Origin: Candidatus Omnitrophota bacterium
Lineage (GTDB): Bacteria; Omnitrophota; Gorgyraeia; Gygaellales; Profunditerraquicolaceae
Length of the DNA: 55,128 bases
NCBI GenBank assembly: GCA_043812955.1
Contig: JBDRLN010000072.1
Coordinates: 1 to 55,128 of the forward strand
Direction of reading: 5' to 3'
Below, in pieces: positions 9,514 to 17,098 of the stretch. How positions within the stretch are numbered: the stretch's first letter is position 1; every line of letters starts with the position of its first letter. Position numbers and translations under genes: made by a program. The notes beneath the pieces are model-generated. The model had not been told where the DNA came from and did no database searches. It worked only from the letters and a program-made list of their open reading frames with translations.

Positions 9514-9544
9514 ACCGCAAAGGTTAGTAGTCTTCCTTTGCGGT
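9514..9544 (-). terminator. putative intrinsic terminator downstream of pabB-like gene
   Basis: Minus-strand hairpin ACCGCAAAGG-11 nt-CCUUUGCGGU followed by CAUUUUAUUUG. It lies about 160 nt after the stop at 9704. Confidence 0.45.
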
Positions 9545-9703
9545 TCAAGATTTTCTAATCTTTTCTTTATTATGTAAAATATTATACCATATTATCCGGA
9601 TAAAGCAACAAATATAGTTGTCGCACTGTTTAATCTGATCGGGGCACGTTGTCGCGGCTAATCGGGACACTGTGGCAAAGCTAATTTGGACAGCGGGACA
9701 GAA

Positions 9704-10819
9704 CTAGGGATTAAGAATGGATTTTGTAAGGAAGCTGGCTTTAAGCAGGCCTTCGTTCCATTCACCCAGCGGCGTAGAATCCCAGACAATGCCTCCACCA
9801 ACGCCCATTTCTCCGCGGCCATCCCTGACCAGAAGAGTGCGGATCGGGACATTAAAGAAAAGGTCTTTTTTGGGAGTAATATACCCTATTGCTCCGGTGT
9901 AAATCCTGCGTTCATCGCTTTCAAGCTCTTTGATTATTTCCATCGCTCGTATCTTTGGCGCTCCGGTTACTGATCCTGAAGGAAAGATTGACTTAAAAAG
10001 TCCAGACAAAGAAATATTATTATCCGTCCTGCCTGTAACAGTTGAAGTCATTTGAAAAAGAGTTTTATATCCGGTTACTTCAAAAAGGCGGGGAGCCCGT
10101 ATAGCATCACCCATTCTACCCAGGTCATTTCTTAAAAGGTCGGCGATCATCAGATTTTCAGCCCGGTTTTTTCTATCAAACTGAAAACGCATCCGCCGAT
10201 AAAGGTCGCTTGCCGGATTTAATCCACGCTGCCAGGTGCCTTTCATAGGTTTGGTAATAACCTGCCTGCTGGTTTTTTTGATGAACATTTCGGGAGAAAG
10301 GGAGAGAATTTTAAATTCATCTGTTTCTATATAGGCAGGATAAGGTACTGGTTGCTCATTTAAAAGAGCATTATAGAGGTGAAAACTATCTCCGGAGAAC
10401 TCAAATAATAATTTTATGCAGTAAGTTATTTGATAAACATCGCCTTTTGCTATGTAGCTACGTATAGTACGGATATTGGAAAAATATTTTTCTTGAGAGA
10501 TATTCAGGCCAAGGAAATTGATTTTAATATTGCGGACTGCCTTTTTGCGGTAAGGCTTAAAAGTAACCGGTTTAGCATAGGCGCCCAGATAAATAAGGGG
10601 AAATTCGTAGTTTTTATTTTCTCTCAATCTTTCTTCAAAACAATACCCTGCCTCATAAGATAAAAATCCGGCCAGGTAATAGCCGTTTTTTAGCGCGGCC
10701 TCCATATCTTGAAAGCAGGCGTCAAATTGCGCGGGTTCATTACAGCGGATAATAAATTCCGGGTCTTGGAATAGAATTGGTTTTTTTTCAAATTGGATTA
10801 TGGTTTTCATGATTTTCAT
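9704..10819 (-). CDS. pabB: chorismate-binding enzyme, aminodeoxychorismate/anthranilate synthase component I-like
   Basis: C-terminal signature FPSGSVTGAPKIRAMEII..ERRIYTGAIGY..GGGIVWDS. Confidence 0.75.
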   Translation of the reverse strand: MKIMKTIIQFEKKPILFQDPEFIIRCNEPAQFDACFQDMEAALKNGYYLAGFLSYEAGYCFEERLRENKNYEFPLIYLGAYAKPVTFKPYRKKAVRNIKINFLGLNISQEKYFSNIRTIRSYIAKGDVYQITYCIKLLFEFSGDSFHLYNALLNEQPVPYPAYIETDEFKILSLSPEMFIKKTSRQVITKPMKGTWQRGLNPASDLYRRMRFQFDRKNRAENLMIADLLRNDLGRMGDAIRAPRLFEVTGYKTLFQMTSTVTGRTDNNISLSGLFKSIFPSGSVTGAPKIRAMEIIKELESDERRIYTGAIGYITPKKDLFFNVPIRTLLVRDGRGEMGVGGGIVWDSTPLGEWNEGLLKASFLTKSILNP

Positions 10820-10965
10820 CGCAGGCCTGGGTGTTCCGCTTATTATCAGTCCGATTTTATTAGCCGTGTAAACATACTTGCGCAGGGAAATTATTTTAAT
10901 GCGCGAGGTATTTGATAGTTACATAACCGCCAATGATTCCAGCGACAAAAAGGATTGATATTAAA

Positions 10966-11529
10966 TCAAAATACTTCTCTATAAGACTGCTGATTTTCTT
11001 GCCAAAAAGGCGCAATAATCCGGACACTAAAAAAAAACCTTCCTGCCCTACCAAGAATCGACGCAACAATCAAGGTAGGAAGAGAAATTTTAAAAAGGCC
11101 GGCAGCAATCGTAAAAACTTTATATGGAATTGGTGTAAAGGCGGCTGAAAAAACAGCTATAAGCGCGTTATCTGCATACATCCTGCCGACAACTTCAAAT
11201 TGCTTTTCCAGATGATAGAATGATATGATCGTTTTACCAAAAGTTTCAAAAAAGCTCCAGCCTATAAAATAACCGAACAGCGCCCCCAGAACTGATCCAA
11301 TGGTACAAATAAGCGCATAGCGGAACCACTTCGCGCGCTGAACAATCACCATCGCAATCAACAAAACGTCCGGAGGGATGGGGAAAAATGAGCTCTCGAT
11401 GAATGCTATGATAAACAGGGCAGCCTGGGCTTGGGGTGTTTTAGCCCAATGCAGAGTCCAATCGTACAATTTACGTAATAACTTTAGAGGGAATTCTAGA
11501 ACAACCCTGGCTGTGGTAATAAAAAACAT
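10966..11529 (-). CDS. DedA/YqaA-family membrane protein, apparently frameshifted near the 3' end (full frame would reach 10896)
   Basis: Multi-TM protein with FIESSFFPIPPDVLL and PYKVFTIAAG motifs. After the T9 run the annotated frame becomes non-membrane-like (FSVRIIAPFWQENQQ*). The +1 frame instead gives LVSGLLRLFGKKISSLIEKYFDLISILFVAGIIGGYVTIKYLAH*. Confidence 0.8.
   Translation of the reverse strand: MFFITTARVVLEFPLKLLRKLYDWTLHWAKTPQAQAALFIIAFIESSFFPIPPDVLLIAMVIVQRAKWFRYALICTIGSVLGALFGYFIGWSFFETFGKTIISFYHLEKQFEVVGRMYADNALIAVFSAAFTPIPYKVFTIAAGLFKISLPTLIVASILGRAGRFFFSVRIIAPFWQENQQSYREVF
11029..11037 (-). other. A9 (coding-strand T9) homopolymer at the apparent +1 frameshift site of the DedA/YqaA gene
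   Basis: Counted directly: ctAAAAAAAAAcc on the + strand. Removing one base joins the two frames into a 210-aa product. Confidence 0.8.
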
Positions 11530-11564
11530 TTGATTATTTCCGAATAAGTTTTAAGCTTACAAAA

Positions 11565-11603
11565 CAAAAAAATAGGGTTCCTCCCGTATCAGCCGAGGGG
11601 GCC
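11565..11603 (-). promoter_or_regulatory. 5' leader hairpin plus U-tract (attenuator / candidate riboswitch), copy 2
   Basis: Minus-strand RNA GGCCCCCUCGGCUGAUACGGGAGGAACCCUAUUUUUUU lies between a consensus promoter and the DedA/YqaA start. The 22-nt block 11568-11589 matches 13256-13277 at 20 of 22 positions. Confidence 0.6.
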
Positions 11604-11624
11604 TTTCACTATTCACAAGTATTT

Positions 11625-11653
11625 ATTATAGGGCTAGATATGCCGATTATCAA
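11625..11653 (-). promoter_or_regulatory. sigma70-type promoter TTGATA-N17-TATAAT
   Basis: -35 TTGATA is the complement of 11648-11653 and -10 TATAAT the complement of 11625-11630, with a 17-nt spacer. Confidence 0.6.
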
Positions 11654-11782
11654 GAAAATTCAAGATTTAGGGAGGTTTATTCCCGGTCAAATCAGTTGTA
11701 TTCTTGCATTGGTCGTGCACTTTACAACCCTATGGTAAGAGATAATGGTTTTAGGGATGCCAGTGAAGCAATACGGATTCTC

Positions 11783-13156
11783 TTAATGTATCAGAAAAAC
11801 CAAAGAAATATAAGCGACCGTAGTTGTGATTATGCCCACAATCAAGCCGATCTTAAGCCAGGGATAGAAACCTATCTTGATTCCACGGCTTTTTTCCAAA
11901 ATATCCATGGCAACTATGTTGGCAGTTGAGCCAATGATAGTAATATTGCCGCCGTAACAGGCACCGAATAATACCGCCCACCAGAGAGGCCTCATGTTAA
12001 TATTCATGTTGCCCAGACTCTGTACAATCGGAATATACGTAGCGACTACAACTGTATTGTCAAGCACGGCCGAAAGAAATGAACTCGAATAAATGAGTAC
12101 AGCCGATAACAAGCTTGCCGGATTACCAAATTTACCTATGAATCCACGGGCAATTATATCCGAGACCCCGCTGTATTTTACAACACCAGCCAACGCGAAA
12201 AGAAATAGAAAAAATAAAACCGATACCCATTCTACTTCTCGCTCAACATAATACCGCATCCTGTCGCGGCGAAACAGCAGGGCTATTCCCGCGAACACTA
12301 TAGGGGTTATCATAAGAAGGCTATTCTCTTTAAGATTGAAAAAAACCTCCATTCTGTGATGAAAGAAAATACACACGAGCATGGCGCCGAATATGCCTAT
12401 GCTAATCTTAGTCTTTATGTCCGTGGGTATCGTTATGAGCGATATAAAAAAGTTGTTTTCCCTTATCGGCATGATTTTTTCGGTCATCTTTTTTATGGTT
12501 TTTCTGTACCAGAGTAAAAGTATTATTACCGTTATAATGAAAACTATGAGAGTAACCGGAAAGGCCTGCATTATGAAATCCTCAAATGTGAGGTTCGCGC
12601 GCGCGGCGATTAGGATACCGACTGGGTTACCCAGCAATGTCCCCGAAGAACCTATGTTTGTAGCCAAAACGGAGGCCATAATCAGAGGTACTGGTTCGAT
12701 ATCGATTAGGTCGCATATATCCAATATTATCTTTGACATTATGATGATGGAGCCAACTTCACCCATTAAACCTGATAATACTCCCGAAATAAGCATAAGC
12801 AGTATAAAAAGCTTTCTCCCGGTTATGTTTTTTACCCTGATAAGGCGCGTGATAACCCAATAGAAAAAACCCGCGTCGTTGAGCATACCAACCATAATCA
12901 TTGTGCCGATCAAAAACAGAATAACATCCAGAGACGCGAACTTTATAAGGTTCTCGAGGTCTATCGAATGTGTGACAAGCATTAGCCCGGCACCAAGGAA
13001 GACGAAACTAAGACGGAGTTCCCAGAAGAGTAACACGCCCATGATCGAAACGCAAAAAATGGACGTTACCATCACCTGATGTATCGATAAGCCCACCTTC
13101 GTTCCGACAACTGCAACGAGCAATGCCGTTCCTATAAGAATAAGTATTTTCTTCAC
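11783..13156 (-). CDS. ArsB/NhaD-superfamily (CitMHS-like) ion/anion permease
   Basis: 457 aa with roughly 12 TM segments and internal two-fold repeat character. GTG start with AAGGAG RBS. The family is assigned from overall similarity remembered for YbiR/NhaD-like permeases. Confidence 0.65.
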   Translation of the reverse strand: MKKILILIGTALLVAVVGTKVGLSIHQVMVTSIFCVSIMGVLLFWELRLSFVFLGAGLMLVTHSIDLENLIKFASLDVILFLIGTMIMVGMLNDAGFFYWVITRLIRVKNITGRKLFILLMLISGVLSGLMGEVGSIIIMSKIILDICDLIDIEPVPLIMASVLATNIGSSGTLLGNPVGILIAARANLTFEDFIMQAFPVTLIVFIITVIILLLWYRKTIKKMTEKIMPIRENNFFISLITIPTDIKTKISIGIFGAMLVCIFFHHRMEVFFNLKENSLLMITPIVFAGIALLFRRDRMRYYVEREVEWVSVLFFLFLFALAGVVKYSGVSDIIARGFIGKFGNPASLLSAVLIYSSSFLSAVLDNTVVVATYIPIVQSLGNMNINMRPLWWAVLFGACYGGNITIIGSTANIVAMDILEKSRGIKIGFYPWLKIGLIVGIITTTVAYISLVFLIH

Positions 13157-13250
13157 CGCGATAACTCCTTTATTTATCTTTTAAGAAATAACAAAAATTC
13201 GCGAGCGCTTCGTGCGAGAGATAAAGCTTTCTGTGGGATTTCAGGTGAAC

Positions 13251-13293
13251 GAAAGAAAAATAGGGTCCTTCCCGTATTTCACAAGGGGAAACC
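13251..13293 (-). promoter_or_regulatory. 5' leader hairpin plus U-tract (attenuator / candidate riboswitch), copy 1
   Basis: Minus-strand RNA GGUUUCCCCUUGUGAAAUACGGGAAGGACCCUAUUUUUCUUUC starts about 20 nt downstream of a consensus promoter and about 95 nt upstream of the permease GTG. Confidence 0.6.
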
Positions 13294-13313
13294 TCTCTGA
13301 ATTTATTAATTTA

Positions 13314-13342
13314 ATTATAGGTGTAATACCTCAATATATCAA
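13314..13342 (-). promoter_or_regulatory. sigma70-type promoter TTGATA-N17-TATAAT
   Basis: -35 is the complement of 13337-13342 and -10 the complement of 13314-13319, with a 17-nt spacer. The architecture is identical to the promoter at 11625-11653. Confidence 0.6.
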
Positions 13343-13382
13343 TTATATTCTGGATTTATTTAGAGAGATGAGAATTTAAGAT

Positions 13383-13736
13383 TTACGCTTGAAGATCCTC
13401 ATCATCAATATGAAACTTGTGAAGCAATCTATGCGCTATTGGAGAAAAAACGATTCCCATTACGGCAATAAATATAAGTCCGCTAAAAAGAGCGTATAGA
13501 GAAGCGAAAACTTTTGCACCTATACTATTCAGCAAATTTACTGGGCCCATGCCCCCCAGGATCATAGATGCATTTAAAAGTGAGTCAACCCAATTAAAAC
13601 CGGCTATCCAATGATATCCGGCAATACCAATGAACAAAGCGAACAGAATTAATAGAATGGCGATTCCAATACACACAACCAATCTTTTTATGAATACTGA
13701 AACCGGAGCTAATTTTTGATGTTTTCGCTCAAGCAT
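13383..13736 (-). CDS. small 2-TM ion-channel-like membrane protein with non-canonical pore motif
   Basis: 117 aa arranged as TM1, a pore-helix-like segment WVDSLLNASMILGGMGPVN, then TM2. This resembles a K+ channel pore (..TVGYGD) but the filter sequence is LGGMGP. Confidence 0.45.
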   Translation of the reverse strand: MLERKHQKLAPVSVFIKRLVVCIGIAILLILFALFIGIAGYHWIAGFNWVDSLLNASMILGGMGPVNLLNSIGAKVFASLYALFSGLIFIAVMGIVFSPIAHRLLHKFHIDDEDLQA

Positions 13737-13766
13737 ATTTTAAGTATCGTTGCATAAATAATTCAG

Positions 13767-13841
13767 GGTGGGTGACGGGGCTCGAACCCGCAGCCGCCAG
13801 AGCCACAGTCTAGTGCTCTAACCAATTGAGCTACACCCACC
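13767..13841 (-). tRNA. tRNA-His (anticodon GTG) with encoded G-1
   Basis: The reverse complement folds as G-1 + GTGGGTG acceptor, GCTC..GAGC D arm, anticodon loop CTGTGGC, T arm GCGGG-TTCGAGC-CCCGT, CACCCAC, then C73 pairing with G-1. Confidence 0.9.
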
Positions 13842-13907
13842 ATTTGTAGGAAATAATTATACCTGATTTTTTGCCGGCTGTAAAGCAGGATTAACCTCCG
13901 GAATATA

Positions 13908-13935
13908 TTGACAGTTTAGTTTTCAGGCTTAGAAT
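13908..13935 (+). promoter_or_regulatory. putative promoter TTGACA-N16-TAGAAT for purU
   Basis: TTGACA at 13908-13913 and TAGAAT at 13930-13935. Confidence 0.5.
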
Positions 13936-13989
13936 ATAATGAAGAAATTTAATCGGTTAATCAGAAGTAGGGCGTAAGAGAAGGTAATC

Positions 13990-14847
13990 ATGGATAAAAA
14001 ACCTTTTATTTTTGTGCTTAATTTTCAATGCCTTGACCGGCAGGGGATAGTGGCCAGGATATCGGATTTTATTTTGAAACACGACGGCAATATTATAACT
14101 GCTGATCAATATAGCACCAGTCCTCAAGGCGGTGTTTTTTTTACCCGGATTGAATTTTATCTGCCGGATTCTGAATGCAGTCAGAAAGCCTTGGAAGAAG
14201 ATTTTATACCGGTAGCCCGGGAGTTTAACGCCAGCTGGCGCATACACGATAAATCAATTAAATTAAGGATGGGCATTTTTACCTCCCGCCTGGACCACTG
14301 CCTGGCGGATTTATTATACCTTTGTAAATCAGGTGACCTGGGGGTGGAGATACCTTTCGTAGTCAGCAATCATGCCGCTAATAAAGAATTAGTTGAGCAA
14401 TATAAAATGCCTTTTTATTTTATACCCGCTGTAAAAGAAAATACCCGGGAACCCGAATTATTGGCCTTGGCCAAGTCCCAAGCTGATTTTCTGGTCTTAG
14501 CCCGCTACATGCTGGTGCTTTCAGCTGATTTCCTTAGTAATTACGCGAAAGATATCATTAATATCCATCACGGTTTCCTGCCGTCTTTTAAGGGAGCCAG
14601 GCCTTATAAACAGGCTTTTGACCAAGGGGTTAAGGTCATCGGGGCAACCGCCCATTTTGTAACCGGCAAGCTTGATGAAGGCCCGATCATTGCCCAGGAA
14701 GTGGAAGGGGTAACCCATAGGGATGATATAAGTAGTTTGATCCGTAAAGGCAAAAACCTGGAAAAGCTGGCTCTGGCCAGGGCCATTAGAAGTTATATTG
14801 ATTACCGGGTGTTCACGCATAATAACAAGACTATTATATTTGAATAA
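13990..14847 (+). CDS. purU: formyltetrahydrofolate deformylase
   Basis: N-terminal ACT-like domain followed by a formyltransferase core (NIHHGFLPSFKGARPY, GATAHFVT..LDEGPIIAQ). Confidence 0.9.
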   Translation: MDKKPFIFVLNFQCLDRQGIVARISDFILKHDGNIITADQYSTSPQGGVFFTRIEFYLPDSECSQKALEEDFIPVAREFNASWRIHDKSIKLRMGIFTSRLDHCLADLLYLCKSGDLGVEIPFVVSNHAANKELVEQYKMPFYFIPAVKENTREPELLALAKSQADFLVLARYMLVLSADFLSNYAKDIINIHHGFLPSFKGARPYKQAFDQGVKVIGATAHFVTGKLDEGPIIAQEVEGVTHRDDISSLIRKGKNLEKLALARAIRSYIDYRVFTHNNKTIIFE

Positions 14848-14859
14848 AACCTGAAGCGC

Positions 14860-15216
14860 ATGAAAGCAATTCTTTTATTTTTAATACTGGTGTATATCGG
14901 GTTATTTTCTTCTGCTGTTTGCGCCGACGAAACTATAAATATAATGGGCGTATATATTCCGATTATTGCAGGGGCAAAACCGGTAAAAGAAGGGGCTCGT
15001 TTAAACCCGGGCATTCATGTTGTTGCATTTGAAGTTTCCCGGCCCTTAAATGAAGTAATAAGTTATTACCATGATTTTCTGATAGGTAATAATTTTCTTC
15101 TTATTGGCGGTGAAGAGCGGGATGGTTTTAACGCCGCGGTCAGAAAGGGCGAGAGCATGTTCACCGTCAGGATATTTTCAGAGGTAAATAAGGTAATAGT
15201 TCAATTCGTATGGTAA
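14860..15216 (+). CDS. hypothetical secreted protein
   Basis: Signal-peptide-like N-terminus MKAILLFLILVYIGLFSSAVCA. No family recognised. Confidence 0.5.
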   Translation: MKAILLFLILVYIGLFSSAVCADETINIMGVYIPIIAGAKPVKEGARLNPGIHVVAFEVSRPLNEVISYYHDFLIGNNFLLIGGEERDGFNAAVRKGESMFTVRIFSEVNKVIVQFVW

Positions 15217-15986
15217 AAGCAATATTCGCTAAAGTCGTTATTTTGGGCTGGTTGTTAAATTTATGCGGATGCGCTACTTTATATAATTCTGCTACCGGCA
15301 GAAATGAGTTGATTTTTATTAACAGCGCTACTGAAACTGCTATGGGCAGGAATGTCCAGAATGACCTGCTTAAAAAACATCCCCTGGTGAATGATCTCGC
15401 TTTACAGCAAAGAGCGCAGAGGGTGGGCAGGTTAGTTGCTGAATCCTCTGACCGTAAAGATATTGTTTATAGTTTTTTTGTACTGGCGGACAAAGAATTA
15501 AATGCCCTGGCCTTGCCCGGAGGGTATATTTACGTATATAAAGGGCTGATGGATATTATCAATGATGATGAGTTGGCTTATGTCTTAGGCCATGAAACCG
15601 GCCATGTCGCAGCCAGGCATATTGCCAAGAAGCTCCAGTCAAACCTGGCCTATCAATTAATTCTGAATATGGCTTTTTCCGGCGCAACAGCTACTACCGG
15701 AGTAAATGCCCGGCCTATAGCCTTGGGCGTAGATAAGATTTATAATTTAATTGAGTTAGGTTTTAGCCGAAAAGACGAATATGAGGCGGATAGGTTGGCG
15801 GCTAAATATGCTTTTAGATCCGGATTTAATCCTTATGGCGCTATCTCGGCATTGGAGAAAATAAAAAAACAGGAAGGCCCTAATTGGAAGGTCTTGGGAT
15901 ATTTCAGGTCTCATCCCTATGCCGACGAGCGCATAAAGGCCTTGGCTGGGTTTATTCCGGGATTAACCGCTCCGAAAAATAATTAA
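15210..15986 (+). CDS. M48-family zinc metalloprotease lipoprotein
   Basis: HETGH zinc motif, lipobox-like LNLCGC, and a downstream E..ADR motif. Confidence 0.85.
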   Translation: MVKAIFAKVVILGWLLNLCGCATLYNSATGRNELIFINSATETAMGRNVQNDLLKKHPLVNDLALQQRAQRVGRLVAESSDRKDIVYSFFVLADKELNALALPGGYIYVYKGLMDIINDDELAYVLGHETGHVAARHIAKKLQSNLAYQLILNMAFSGATATTGVNARPIALGVDKIYNLIELGFSRKDEYEADRLAAKYAFRSGFNPYGAISALEKIKKQEGPNWKVLGYFRSHPYADERIKALAGFIPGLTAPKNN

Positions 15987-16018
15987 AGTAAATTAAAGTA
16001 AAAGATAAATATTTCGTT

Positions 16019-17098
16019 ATGAAAAGTAAAGTCTATTTTATAGCTGTGGATGAGGCGGATAACGCCGTATCTATAGCGGATAAGCTTAAGCGTCTGCTTG
16101 AAGATAGTAGGGTTCTGGATTTTATTCAGGAAAAAGAGAATATCGCCGTAAAACTTCATTTTGGAGAAGAAGGGAATACCGGATATGTCCGGCCAGAGTA
16201 TGTCCGGGTTATCTGTGAAGGTATTTTAAACAAACAAGCCTTTTGTTTTCTAACAGACACTAATACTTTATACCGGGGCAGGAGAACTAATTCCCGCGAT
16301 CACTTAAAATTAGCTTATGAGCATGGTTTTGTACCCGATAAAGTAAAAGCGCAAGTCATTATTCCCGATGACACCCTGAAGACCGCAGTAAAAGAGGTGG
16401 GCATCAACCAGAAATTTATCCAGAAGGCCTTTGTGGCCGGGATATTTCTGGATTCTGAGGGAATTGTTGATGTCGCTCATTTTAAGGGCCATATCATGAC
16501 CGGTATCGCAGGGGCAATAAAAAATATCGGTATGGGCTGCGCTGCCCGGCAGGGAAAATTAGCCCAACATAGCGATGTCTCGCCGTTTGTTATCCGGAAT
16601 AATTGTGTAGGTTGCGCAGCCTGCGAGTTAGTTTGTCCGGTAAAAGCAATTGTTATCAAGGATAAAAAATCTTTTGTTGATAGTTTAAAATGTATCGGCT
16701 GCGCCAGCTGTATTGCCGCCTGCAAGTATAACGCTATAGAGATCAATTGGGAGTCGGGGGGTAAATTGATCCAGGAAAAGATGGTTGAATACGCCAAAGC
16801 GGTTTTAGATCAAAAGAAACAAAAGTTAGCTTGCCTAAATTTCGCGATCAAGATTACCAAAGAGTGCGATTGTCTAGCTAAAGACGATCCCCGGATCTCC
16901 CCGGATGTAGGCATATTTGCCTCCAAGGATCCGGTCGCTATTGATAAGGCCTGCTTAGATAAAATTATCAGCGTCTGCAAAAAAGATGTATTCCGGGAAG
17001 CCCACCCTAAAAGAGAAGGGATGAGGCAGCTGGAGTACGCCCAGGAGTTAGGGTTGGGCATTATGGATTACGAGCTGATGGAGGTTAAATTAAAATGA
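16019..17098 (+). CDS. DUF362-domain protein with 2x[4Fe-4S] ferredoxin insert
   Basis: CVGCAACELVCP and CIGCASCIAACK motifs inside a DUF362-like scaffold. Confidence 0.7.
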   Translation: MKSKVYFIAVDEADNAVSIADKLKRLLEDSRVLDFIQEKENIAVKLHFGEEGNTGYVRPEYVRVICEGILNKQAFCFLTDTNTLYRGRRTNSRDHLKLAYEHGFVPDKVKAQVIIPDDTLKTAVKEVGINQKFIQKAFVAGIFLDSEGIVDVAHFKGHIMTGIAGAIKNIGMGCAARQGKLAQHSDVSPFVIRNNCVGCAACELVCPVKAIVIKDKKSFVDSLKCIGCASCIAACKYNAIEINWESGGKLIQEKMVEYAKAVLDQKKQKLACLNFAIKITKECDCLAKDDPRISPDVGIFASKDPVAIDKACLDKIISVCKKDVFREAHPKREGMRQLEYAQELGLGIMDYELMEVKLK

